Below, one piece after another: positions 12,654 through 25,100 of a stretch of DNA of 64,000 nt. The stretch is from Eledone cirrhosa (lineage: Eukaryota), in the NCBI GenBank assembly GCA_964016885.1, contig OZ024741.1:77190001-77254000 (forward strand), in the 5' to 3' direction. The translations under genes were made by a program, and so were the position numbers. How positions within the stretch are numbered: the first letter of the stretch is position 1; each line of letters starts with the position of its first letter. A model generated the notes under the pieces. That model ran no database searches. It was not told the DNA's origin and was given only the letters and a program-made list of their open reading frames with translations.

Positions 12654-14217
12654 TCACCTCCAATCAGATTTTCAGCCGAAAATCGATAACGAAGAAACCA
12701 AGGACTCACATATTAAATCAGCAAGAACAAATGCTGAAAGAGCACATAAGTGAAAAAAATAATTGAGCAGAAGGTTGCATGCAAGAACAAAAAATGAGGC
12801 GCTACGGGCCGTGTTGAGCCGCTGTGTCAAATGACCAATTGTTTTGTTGTTTATACGTGACCGCCAAAGGTCTAACAAAAAACGGATAAAGTCTGACATG
12901 GGCGAAGTTGCTGTTCTTGCATTAAATGTTAATGGTAAGCGTTGTACCAGTAGCTGTGAACGAAGCTATTATGGTAGTTTACCAGTGCTGGCGAGAAAAT
13001 GATGGCCCGCAGATGTATTGTCGAATGTGCTGTGGAGCCAGGAAAAAATGGCTGGTTGCTTTGTAAAGAACAAAAGGCAAGTTTAATCTGTAGGTGGGTT
13101 GCAGTGTAAATTCCATAATTCGGGCGAATCCACAGAAGTGGCCGAAATGCTAACAAGTCCAGTTCAATTTGTTGCTTTCCCAGCGAGTCGGGCAAAAACA
13201 ACTAGACGGATGGCCGTCATGGACGATCAGTGTGCAACGAGATGCGAAGCTGTTTGAGTTCAGCGGCAATTAGTATTCTCGTGTTGCGGTGACTGTTTGA
13301 ATCCAGTGGATTAAGCTCTGTGAGCTGCCAGCATCTCAACCAGGTGAAAAGGGACTCGCAGAATATTACGTTTGAAGAACATATTCCAAGAACAACATGT
13401 TGGTGTGTGATAAAAAAAATGTGTGCATATGCAGGCATGTAAAACAGCAAAGAATGTGAATGAACAAAAACCATGAGCAAGCAAATAGCAAAAGAGCACA
13501 AAACAAGTAAATGCATCCTACAAAGAAATATGTGAATGTAACAAACTGATAATTCAAAGTCAATCTAGGGGAGCAGAGAAATTGCTCAATAAGTTCAAAG
13601 TTTTTCAAAGTCAAATAGTTCACACATCACCAGTGTACAGACACTAGTTCTATATGAAAACTGAAAAAGAAGTTTGTTAATGCCGTTAGGGGTTAGATGT
13701 ATGGTGTTTTTGTGAGATTTCGTGGCCATTTTCCCGTCCCGCCACACGGTTGTGTTGCTTCTTGTTAAAGCAAAGTCAAAGAATCTTCTGTAGAGTAGGA
13801 GTCACCAAATATGGCAGTCACGTCTGGCGCCATAATGGTGAGAAAACTACTGTCTCAATTTCTCGCGTCCCTGTGGTAACGAGACAGAAAGTATGGTGGT
13901 TGCGTCGGTAAAGTTACAAGTCGTTTTGAAATTTCCGATGTGTGGTGGTTGGCGTTGGTAAAGTTATGAAGCTGCCACTCACTGTTCCCTGTATTGGTCA
14001 GTGGTTAAACAACGCTGTCGCTGCTGCTGTCATTGTTGTTGTCAAGCGTAGTCATGACATGTCGGTAGCCATCTTGAAATTTTTTTCGTGGCGAAAAAGT
14101 TTTTGAAATACTGCTAATTTTTCAAAAATCTTAAAAGGAATATTCTGGATTTTCGCAAGTTGCGACGTGGCAATAAAAGTTAAACTGAATGAATAAGAAG
14201 GGCTGCGTGATATTCTT

Positions 14218-14232
14218 ACGTCGGGGTCACCA
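14218..14232 (-). promoter_or_regulatory. Primer binding site complementary to the tRNA-Trp 3' end
   Basis: TGGTGACCCCGACGT lies one base downstream of the 5' LTR on the minus strand and matches the canonical tRNA-Trp PBS. Confidence 0.88.
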
Positions 14233-14233
14233 C

Positions 14234-14785
14234 TTTAGCAGTATTAGTTATAGATGTTACCGCCACTTTAGCGGGGTGGTAGAATCAGTGGTCGTTAGTT
14301 GCCAGTGTGGTAAGTGATAGTATCCTCGTTGGATTATCTTGTTGACATAGACGTGAGGGAAGGTCCCTCGATCTATTTACCATCTATTTACAATATTCCT
14401 TTCGTCAGGTCGCCAATTCCAGCAGCATGGATTAAAGATGTCATTGAGACACGAGTAAAATAACAACGACTTCAACCGCAGTAATTAGAGATGCAATGTT
14501 TGTTTATTTATATGGTTGAAGTTACAGATAAAAAGAGGTTACAAAATGGAATGTGCCATTGTGCCGTTAAGCCGGCGAGACTAGGGTGCAATATCTCACT
14601 GTTACATTATGCGTGTTGCTGGCTTGAAGTTTCCGGTACAAGAGCGAGATTCTTCAAATCTTCGCGGTGAATTTCTTCCTCAGGGCGCGTAGGGATACAT
14701 CCTCTTCTACTGGCGCTGATTGGCTGAACTGAGCCAAATCACGCACAGAGAATGTATGTGAGCCCGCGGAATGTAGGTCACTACA
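14234..14785 (-). repeat. 5' LTR
   Basis: Differs from the 3' LTR at only two positions that I could find (gaggtaag/gagggaag and attgcgcc/attgtgcc). Confidence 0.92.
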
Positions 14786-14813
14786 TCTATATATATTTAT
14801 ATATATATATGTG

Positions 14814-14851
<38 letters not shown>

Positions 14852-15076
14852 TGTGTATATATGTATTATATATATACGTATATATATGTATGTATGTCAT
14901 TGTATGTATATATATATATGTATGTATATATATACGTATATATATGTATGTATGTGTATGTATGTATATATATGTATGTATATACATACATATATATATA
15001 TATATGTATGTATATATATATGTATGTATGTATGTATATATATGTATATATGTATATATATATGTATGTATGTTTG

Positions 15077-15108
<32 letters not shown>

Positions 15109-15124
15109 TGTATGAATATATATG

Positions 15125-15163
<39 letters not shown>

Positions 15164-15193
15164 GTATATGTATGTATGTATATATATACCGTA

Positions 15194-15258
<65 letters not shown>

Positions 15259-15270
15259 ATGTATATATAT
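14786..15270. repeat. Compound (TA)n/(TATG)n microsatellite
   Basis: Read directly from the sequence. Confidence 0.95.
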
Positions 15271-15271
15271 A

Positions 15272-15745
15272 AGGGTCTCAACCCCACCAAGTTTACTTGG
15301 TGAGGAGGGTGTTTTTGGACACCCTGCAGGACAAAAAACAAAACCTGACAAAGGGCGGAAGATCTCATAAGAGTCAACGGCCATCCAAAAGTGTGTAAAT
15401 ATGTATATACACATGTACATATGTATGTATATGTATATGTGTATATACATGGGTGCATGTGTATGTATATGCGCGGAGGCATAGAAATAGTTGGGCTGGA
15501 CTCCCGATCGCGCGGTTAAACCACTGGAAGTGAAGGACCCCTAGCCTTTGTCAGGGCATTCTTCTAGGAGAAGGCAACTCAGGAAACTGGGATAACTCCG
15601 ATATAAAACCTGCGGCTCAGTAGTTACCGATGATGTTGATCTGTTCTTCTTTTCGGGTTATAGCTACTGTCGCTCAGAGAGTGGGATTGGCTCAGTGCAC
15701 AGTATTTCCTCACTTTAAAAAATATCTTCACGCACAGGCATTGCA
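15272..15745 (+). mobile_element. Probable RTE-related 5'UTR or non-autonomous element fragment
   Basis: The motif gggcattcttctaggagaaggcaactc resembles RTE-clade leader sequences (from recall). There is no ORF. Confidence 0.3.
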
Positions 15746-16073
15746 CGATAGAATTAATTAATAATTATTAATAATGTTATATCGTGCAATGGCCATACTC
15801 GATAACGAGGGGTCAGCCATTATGTATGTATGTATTTACTTACTTATCTCAGTATCAACATGTATAAGTTTTTTTTTTCATGGCTGGGCTTCGCAAAGGA
15901 AGATTATGAAGGTGGTGGTACACGTTGACTGCAGGCACGCTCGTGGAATGTCCTAGAAGCTCGGAAAATGTTTGTGCATATTGACGACTAACATTCACAT
16001 AAAGAGGAGTCCGAATAAAACTTTGTTCTCTCCAATAAAATGCTCTCAGATGCATTTATATCTATCTATCTAT

Positions 16074-19000
16074 AGGAAAGTGTTCCTGCCTTTTCTCTCC
16101 CTAACTCTTCTTCACCAACATGGCGACTATACAAGTTGGATGTTTGAATATACGTTCCTGGGCATGCCCTGGAAACAGGGCCAGCTTTTAAATGATCTCA
16201 GGTCACATTGTATAGATGTGATAGCCATCACCGAGTCCAGGATTCACGACAAGCAGCAGCTAACCCCCATGTTCGATGGCTTTGAGATCTACGCATCTCT
16301 CTGTCAGCCAGGAGGAGGAGGGGGAGTTGCTGTTCTGTTGCGAAAAAACTTGGATCTCAAAGCACAAACGATTCACTTGGACCCGGAGGGCAGCTTGGTG
16401 GTCCTGGACGTGAATGGTAGTGAAGGTGGAGCTTTCAGACTGGTGGCGGCATATGCTCCGACCGAGTTCTTCAAGCGTCTGGAGCCATTCCTGGGAACGT
16501 CTCGCTCCTTAGTGTTAGCGGGGGACTGGAATGGTATCTTAGATGCACGTTGGGACTATGTAGGAGCTTGTGATAATAGAGGGGAGTATAATAGCCTAAA
16601 AAGTCTCATCAGCCAATTCCAACTGGCTGGTAGATATCGACTAGACTTCCCAAGTGTACCACTGTGGACGTGGAGCAACCGTACTGAGTCTTCTATATCG
16701 TATTTAGATAGATTTTTAATTAGACAGAATGATAAGGAAACATTAAGCAGTCCACAAATGCACATGGTTGCCTATTCAGACCACAAATTAGTCACCTGCG
16801 TAGTCAACCTTGATAGAACACATAGACAGGGACCCGGATACTGGAAGCTAAACATGTCGCTTCCGGCGCGTAAGGCCTACAGTAAACGGATTAGCACCTT
16901 AGTTAAGTGCCAGTTGACGGGGGCGATCGTCAACAACAGGTGGTGGAGCTCTCTCAAGAGAGCAATTAGAATAGAATCGATAGCATTTAGCAAGGAAGTA
17001 GCTTTAGAAAAAAACAAAACCGAAAAGGAACTGGTAGCTAAAGCAGAAGAGGCACTTAGGAATGGCAGTACAGCTGACGTGCTAGCCGCGATAACAGCAC
17101 TAGACCAGTTCTTCAACGTGAAACACGAAGGTTGTATTGTCAGAAGTAGAACACGTGCTCTAAGAAACGCAGGAGCCAAAGCTGTTAGCTGGGCCCGAGT
17201 GGCAGAGGTGAAAAGTGGCAAAAAATCCACAATTCGGTCCTTTCAAGACAAAGATTGGCGCATTCTACTTGAATCCAAGCAGATGCGCACGGCCTTCCAG
17301 CAGCATTTTGCACAATTGTTCGGGAAAAGCGGTACATCGTACGAGGTGATGGACTTCAGCTCCTACCTCGACGGCGTACCACGACTCTCGAGCACGGATG
17401 CGGAGAGCTGCGAAATGCTGATCACAGCGGGCGAAATAGAAGATGCCCTAGGCCGCTGTGGGAAACGCAAATCACCCGGTTTAGATGGTCTACCCTATGA
17501 GTTTTACATAGGCATACCAGACTTGTTCTCTGGTGTCCTCGAAGCGGTCTACTGCAACTGGCAGCAGAACGGGAGGATTCCCAGTTATGTAAGCAAAGGC
17601 GTAGTAACGCTGATCAGGAAAGATGAGAACAAGGGGGATGAGATAAGCGATTTCAGACCCATAAATCTGCTCAATACAGAGTTAAAGATTTTGGCCAAGG
17701 TGTTAGCAGCGAGGCTGGCGCTTGTCGTTGAGAACCTGGTAGGGGAAGCGCAAACTTGTGCAATCTCGACCAGGTCCATACACGAAAACCTCCACTCATG
17801 CGATACATCATAGAGAGGGGAGGGTGTAAACCTGGCTTCGGTGGGGCTCTGATCAATTTAGATCAGTCTAAGGCATTTGATAGAGTTGTCCATCAATACT
17901 TGGAAGCGGTTCTCAAGGCGGCCGGATTCGGTCCGGTCTTCAGAGGTTGGATCGCTGCCATGCACACCAGCATCTACTCGACAGCCAAGGTGAATGGCTA
18001 CCTATCGGAGCCATTCCAAATCATGCGTTCCATCCGTCGGGGGTGCCCTCTCTCCTCCATTCTGTATGTACTGGCTCTGGAGCCATTACTGCGGAAGTTG
18101 GAACTGTTGCAGGGCATCCCAATCGAACCAGGACTGCGGAAAGCAGCGTCGGCCTATGCCGACGACATAACGGTAATGGTGTCGAAAACCTCGGACATCG
18201 GGGTAATCGGCAACCTATTACAAGAATACGAAACGTTGACAGGAGCAAGACTAAACTCAAACAACTCTGTCGGTTTGCAACTTGGCACATAGAGAGGCAA
18301 ACCCATGCCTTCTGACAGTGTCGTTGGACGCTGGACTGAAGGACCGGTGAAATTGCTCGGGGTCTGGTTTGGTCCAGACCTCCAGGTGGACAAGAACTGG
18401 AACGAGGTCACGGCGAAGGTGTTTGCACTCACCCAGAAGTGGGCTGAGTGCAAACTCTCCTTGAAAGGTCGAGCGGAGGTGGCGAACACTTACATAGCGT
18501 CCGTCATCTACTACCGCTTGACAGTTGTGCCTTGTCCCCGCGAATACCTCACCAAAATGGAACGCCTACTCTTCAAGAAACAGGCTCCATTGGTGAAACA
18601 GGCTCCATTGGTGAAACAGGCTCCATTGGTGAGGAGATCCATCTGCTGTCAACACCCTTCTAACGGAGGGCTGGGCATGCCGTGGCTGATGATGCGCAAA
18701 CATGCGCTGAGGCTACGCCATCTCCAGGTGCTCCTGACCGGCGAACCGGTGTGGCTCTCGTTTGTGAGACGAGCTCTTCCACAACTCGTCTCACTAACAG
18801 AGCTGCAGTCCTGGGTCAAGCGAAGACCGAAAATGGGCGCCTGGCACCTCGAGTGCGTTCAGGCGCTTACAGCCCTCTACCAAGCGGAAACGGCAATCAA
18901 CGGAGACTCTACTTCGACATTCTATAGGGGATTAGTGGAGGATAAGTGCGACGACGTTCTCGAGGAAACTCTAGGCATCGAGGAAACGAACTGACCAGTC

Positions 19001-19790
19001 TGTTCGGGAGGACTTTCCGTCCAGGGCCTATGGATAACTTCCAGAGGTCTCTGGCCTGGCAGTGCTACCGAGGAGCTCTACCAGTTAGAGACAAAATCTA
19101 CAGGCACGGACGCCCTGGCAGAGATCCTGCCAAAAGGACCTGTCCAAGATGCGAGCAGGACATCGAAACCATTTTTCTCAATTGTTCAGTGTCCAGGGGT
19201 TCAGTGACTTGTGGAATTATGTCGAACAGCTACTGTCACGTGTAGGACGCATCCAGTTGTCAGCCGAATCCATCGTGAGGATCACCCCGCCGCCTTTATT
19301 TAAGAATGAAGGAGAGGCGGTCTTCCTCTGTCTGGTGGCTATGGCGAAAGAGGTAATATGGTGGACGAGGTTAAAGGGACCGAGGGCAAGCACCTTTCTC
19401 TCCGGACAACAACTCATCTCCTTCTTTAAGTACACTTCAGAAGGAAGGTGAGAGTGGAGAGAGAGGTGCTACACCCCAGTAAATTAGCTGAAAGGTGGGT
19501 GAATGGGCCTTCTCTGTTTATAAACCTGTAGGTTGAGGAAGATAAACAAAGGGAAGACGGGAACACCTACAAAACGTGTTCCTGGGGTTGAGGGTTGTTC
19601 TATCCACCAGGTGTAAAACAACCCCGCAGTAGCGTTACCACCCCACCCCCCTAATGGGGTTTCAATTGTTTTATTTTTATATTGTTTATTGTTATTTATC
19701 ACTGTTAAAGATTTTATGTAAAACCCCCGCCGTCACGTCTTGTAATGTTCCATTTTTGTACGCCCCTGTGGAAAATAAAGAAAGAATCTA
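16074..19790 (+). mobile_element. L1/Tx1-clade retrotransposon copy 1 (5'-truncated at the ORF1/ORF2 spacer)
   Basis: Starts right after (TATC)3 and ends AATAAAGAAAGA followed by TCTATCTA. It carries a degenerate ORF2. Confidence 0.9.
16120..19531 (+). pseudogene. ORF2 (APE endonuclease, RT, zinc finger), with several stops and frameshifts
   Basis: Motifs GDWNGILD, SYLDRFL, YSDHKLV, GPGYWKLN, KSPGLDGL, FRPINLLN, LDQSKAFDRV, GCPLS, AYADD and CPRC. An in-frame 18-bp triplication (KQAPLV x3) lies at 18578-18631. Confidence 0.9.
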
Positions 19791-19797
19791 TCTATAT

Positions 19798-19880
19798 TAA
19801 TGTTATATGATTTTTATGTAAAACCCCCGCTGTCACGTCTTGTAATGTCCCATTTGTGTACGGCCTTGTGGCAAATAAAG
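19798..19880 (+). mobile_element. Tx1-family 3'-terminal mini insertion (about 83 bp)
   Basis: Diverged second copy of the last ~85 nt of copy 1, ending AATAAAGA and followed by (TATC)n. Confidence 0.75.
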
Positions 19881-19881
19881 A

Positions 19882-19976
<95 letters not shown>

Positions 19977-19977
19977 A
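19881..19977. repeat. (TATC)n/(GATA)n microsatellite, about 24 units
   Basis: Read directly from the sequence. Confidence 0.97.
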
Positions 19978-20212
19978 TTGGAATCTAGCTGTCGTCTGTT
20001 CTACAGCGTAGATGTAATTCACTTCGCGCAGAAGTTTTGTTCAAATTTATTGCGGAAATTTTGTAAGTTCAAATTTAATTTTGATACTATTGTGTAGCTT
20101 GACCCCCCGTCTGAACTGTCAGGAGGTGGGTCAGCTCATCGTTACCCCTCCTAGGGGTGAAAAACCTGTTTTTAAAAATTTTGTGGCAAAAAATTTCAAT
20201 CGTCTGACAGAA

Positions 20213-22123
20213 ATGTTAAACGAAGCGAACGAAAATAGTGGTGGGGGGACAGCGGTAAGAGTTGTAAGCTCGCACGCTTTAGTCCCCTCTTCCTTCCCAA
20301 CTAACGTCATAGAGAAGGAAGGAAGAAATAAAATAAAAACAGACGAATCTGCGGAGAAAAATGACGAAAACACAAATCTGGACATGGATTCCAACAACGA
20401 AATAAAAAAAATTTGAAAAATTGCATGACAATATTAATACCACAAACAAAGACACAACAAACACAAAAATAACATTTGAAAACAACATCATAACAGAAAG
20501 CAAAGCAGACGACAAAGTCAATACCAACAAGATTTCATTTGCACAAACAACAAAGAAATCTTTGACATATATACCTGAAAATATTTCAGATGTGGCACAA
20601 AGAATCACAGACGCCAAACAATACATAAGTGAAGGAGAGAATGGTATTTTATCGGTAAAAATGCCTCAAGAACTCACCAAAGACATTGAAAGTCGAACGG
20701 TCGTGTTCCGCACCATCAACAACACTTCTAAAAAACCTGAACAGCCTTCTCAAACAGATATCAAAACAGTACTCACAGAAGTACTGAATGAAACCACTTT
20801 CATAAGAAAAGACAGACTGTATGGAAGCCTAGCAATTATTATGAAGAACGAATCGGCGGCAAAAAAATGTGCTTTGTCACCGATTCGTTCAAAATTGTTT
20901 ACCTTTTATCCATCTTATATGGGTAAAAGAACTCAACGCATATGGCTGGATGCAATGATGCCAGATGTGGACTACTGCTGGCTCATAGCTGGCTTCATCG
21001 ATCCAGTGAATGACAACGTGATTTCCATTGGGAAAACCACAGGCAATGCGTTCAGTGGAACAGGTATAGAGCTTGTAGTGCAAATGAAGCCTGAACGTAT
21101 CACCCAAATACCCGACAGAATCCTATTAGAGGGCCACGGGTATATAAACATTAGCGTGGAGGGGAGAAGGCCGTCCTGTCATATCTGTGCAGGAAGAGGG
21201 CACCTGAAGGCCGCTTGTCCCCAACTCAACAAAAAGAAAACCCTGCTACCAACACCAGCTCCACCACCACCACCACAACAGATGAACAAACAACAAAACT
21301 CAGTCCCACCCAACCCGTCCCTCAGTAAAACTACACCACCACCACAACACAAACAGTCACAACACATTACCCCAAAACAAAATACAGGCCCACCCAACCC
21401 CTCACTCAATAAAACAACACAACCACCGCAGCCACAACACACAACACAGTCTAACATAGTGACATCCATCTCCTCCACAAAGAAAACCAACACAGAAACA
21501 TTACCAGCAAACATACCTCTTCCCTCCAACACTGAAGATAACCCAACGAATTCGGAGGAAGAAACGGAGTCCTTCAGACAGATTAAAAGGAAAAAAGAAA
21601 ACATGTGCAAAACACACAAGGCCAAACAACTCCCACCCAAATGTCAACACAATCCAACAAAACACAAAACACTCCTCCAGCAACAAACAAAACCAAACCT
21701 GCCCCTCCCCTCTTCGAAACACTCACACCATCCGAAAAAAAGACATTACACTATACTTACATCAACAGAAACAATAATAAATTAAATGAACTGATAAACA
21801 ATAATCCTTCGGTACAAACCGAAGGTGTAAACTTTGTTTCTTCAGAAAACTACCCACATTTAAAATTAATAAAGATCCCAATGAACCTCTACCAAAAACT
21901 AAAAAAGGATTTTAAGGAGGACGTAGGACCACCCTCTGTCAAACCCATAAACCGCGTCCTACTAAAAAGCTTTCCCCCTCCCCTTCCCCTCCCCAACACA
22001 ACTCCAAACACCCCAACCCCACCACACACTGACGACCCCACACCACCACAAGACACCCCTTCACCCAACACCCCCGACCCCATGGAAGTCGTGCGACCCG
22101 AACCCCGGGAAGCAGAAAGGTAG
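20213..22123 (+). CDS. ORF1 protein (Asn/Thr-rich N-terminus, CCHC zinc knuckle, Pro/Thr-rich tail), frameshifted at A-runs
   Basis: Knuckle VEGRRPSCHICAGRGHLKAAC. Pieces 20213-20416, 20421-21785 and 21605-22123 are collinear with ORF1 of copies 3 and 4. Confidence 0.8.
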
Positions 22124-22156
22124 GTCTCTACACTCTCCTTTGGCTCTGCCGCCCAC

Positions 22157-25100
22157 ATGGATGTGTTAAGAGTAGGATGTTTGAATGCACGTGGCCTGGG
22201 CTCAACTTGGAAGCAAGCAAAGCTTCTAAATGACCTCAGGTCATGTGGTATAAATGTAATGGTTATCTGTGAGACTCGGATCAGCGTCGTGCGGCAGCTG
22301 GCCCCTACCTTCGATGACTTTGAGGTGCATGCATCTCTCTGTCAACCTGGAGGTGAGGGTGGGGTTGTCGTACTGCTGCAAAAACACCTGGGTCTTGCCG
22401 TACAGGTTGTGCACTCGAACCCGGAGGGTCGTTTGTTGGTGCTAGACGTTGGCAGTAGTGAAGGTGCGGCCTTGAGACTGGTCGCCGTCTACTCCCCTTT
22501 CGGAGCTGAACGGCCCGACTTCTTCCAGCGTTTGGAGACTTTTCTGGGAACGTCGCGTTCCCTGCTTCTAGCGGGGGATTGGAATGACATCCTAGATGCA
22601 CGTTGGGACTATGCAGGAGCATGTCCTAATAGAGGGGGGTGTAACAGCCTCAAGGGGTTACTCGACCGTTTTAACTTGGTCGATAGATATCGACTAGATT
22701 TTCCAACTGTGCCTACCTGGACTTGGAGAAACCACAGTGGTCAATCTAGATCGTACTTAGATAGATTCTTAGTTAGAAGTAAGGATAGGGACATATTAAG
22801 CTGTCCAGAAATGCGCACGGTTGGCTATACGGATCACAAATTAGTGACCTGCGTAGTCAATCTCGAGAAAACACACAAACAGGGTCCCGGTTACTGGAAA
22901 CTTAATTTGTCTTTACCGGCAAAAGAGACTTACAGAAACCGGATTAGCAGATTAGTTAAGGAGAGGTTGACGGGTGCAATCGTCAACAACCGATGGTGGG
23001 CATCTCTCAAAAGAGAGATTAGAACAGAATCAATAAGTTATAGCAAGATATTAGCTGCCGATAGGAATAGAAACGAGAAAGAATTAACAGGTAAATTAGA
23101 AGAGGCAATCAAGAGCGAAGATGTGGCCAGAGTGCTGGCATCGAGGACGGCCTTGAACCAGTTTTTCGATGCAAAGCACGAAGGCTGCGTCATTCGAAGT
23201 AAAATACGTGCTCTAGGTAATGAGGGGGCCAAAGCCGTTGGCTGGGCCCGCGTGACAGAAGCTAAGAGTGGAAATCGATCCACCATCCGGTCGTTGCAAG
23301 ACGAGGATGGTCGGGTGATCCGGGAGCCTAAGCAGATGTGCGAGGCCTTTCAAAGGCACTTTGCCCGATTATTCGGGGGAGGCGAGGGTCCGGGCGGGGA
23401 CGTGGATTTCGGTCCATACCACGACGGCCTGCCGCGTCTCTCGAGCGAAGAGGCAGAGTCCAATCTCGGCTGATGAGATCGGAGATGCGCTGAGCCAATG
23501 CAGCAGACGCAAATCTCCAGGTCTCGATGGTATACCTTACGAACTTTATTTAGCAATGCCGGTCTTCTTCTCCGAACTCCTCGAAGCGGTCTACTGCAAT
23601 TGGCAGCAGAACGGGAGAATTCCTTGTTCTGTAGCCAAGGGCGTAGTCTCGCTGGTGAGGAAGGACGAGAACAAGGGGGATAGTATAAATAATTTTCGGC
23701 CCATAACCCTGCTAAACACAGAGGTAAAGATTTTGGCCAAGGTGTTAGCAAAGAGGTTGGCGCTTGTCGTGGGTGGCCTGGTGGGAGATGCGCAGACATG
23801 TGCTATCCCATCCAGATCCATTCACGATAACCTCCACCTCATGCGATACATCATAGAGAGGGTTGGCAACAAACCCGACTTCGGTGGGGCCCTGATCAAC
23901 TTGGATCAGTCTAAGGCCTTCGATAGGGTCGACCATGGTTACCTGGATGCGGTGCTAGCGGCGGCTGGGTTCGGTCCTGTTTTCAGAGGCTGGATCACTG
24001 CCTTACATAGCAACCACATCTGTTCTAGGATCAAGGTGAACGGCTACCTTTCGAAGCCGTTCGAAATCACACGATCCATTCGACAGGGGTGCCCTCTCTC
24101 CTCCCTTCTGTACGTATTGACTCTCGAGCCTTTACTGAGGAAGTTAGAGTTGTTGCAGGGTATCCCCCTGGAACCAGGATTGAGCAAAGCGGTGTCGGCC
24201 TACGCCGATGACGTAACAGTAATGGTATCGACCGACTCGGAAATCGAGGCGATCGGTACCTTACTGGAGGATTACGAAAGGTTGTCAGGAGCGAAACTGA
24301 ACCGGGAAAAATCCATCGGGCTGCAACTCGGAACGTGGAGAGGCAGACCGATGCCTCCCGACGGTGTCGTCGGACACTGGACGGAGGGCCCGGTAAAGTT
24401 GCTTGGGGTCTGGTTTAGACTGGACCTCCAGGTGGAAAAGAACTGGGACGAGGTTACGAACAAGGTGTTTGCACTAACCCAGAAATGGGCCAAGTGTAAG
24501 CTGTCCCTAAAAGGCCGGGCGGAGGTGGCGAACATTTACATAGCGTCCGTCACTTACTACCGCCTGACTGTCGTGCCTTGCCCTAAGGAAACACTCACCA
24601 CCATGGAACGCATGCTCTTCCAATTTCTTTGGAAGAAGCTCCCTCTTATGGTGAGAAGATCCATCTGCTGCCAACAACCTTCGAAAGGAGGGCTGGGGAT
24701 GCCGTGGTTGATGATGCGAAGGCACGCATTAAGGCTACGGCACCTACAGGTATTCCTCACTGGTCAACCGGTGTGGGCTCCGTTCGTGAAACGAGCCTTT
24801 CCGAGACTCGTCTCGCTCACCGAGCTGCAGTCCTGGGTCAAGCAAAGATCCGGAAAACTGGGAGACTGGCACACTGAGTGTGCTCAGGCGCTCAGGGCTC
24901 TCTGGCAAGCGGGCCAGGCCATCGGTGGAGAATCCACCTCATCATTCTATAGAGGGCTGGTGGCTAGCAGGGGCGATGACACCCTTGGAGAGTCGCTGGA
25001 CATGGAAGAGGACGAACTGGCCAGCCTGTTCGGTAGGACTTTCGGCCCGGGACCAATGGACAACTTCCAGAAGTCACTAGCCTGGCAGTGCTACCGGGGG

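Larger units (their letters stand above)
12102..14785 (-). mobile_element. Non-autonomous LTR retrotransposon (probably Gypsy/Metaviridae-derived), 2.68 kb
   Basis: Two 552-bp direct repeats with a PBS and a purine tract at the expected positions. The 1.58-kb interior has no intact ORF. It is inserted in a TA tract (flanks tata / tcta). Confidence 0.9.

Noticed and set aside
14752-15482. Long ORFs of Y/I/C/V/H/T repeats (also at 7943, 32253, 43485, 49085, 57542-58212, 59260 and 60905-61708)
   Set aside because: They are translations of microsatellites with no coding signal.
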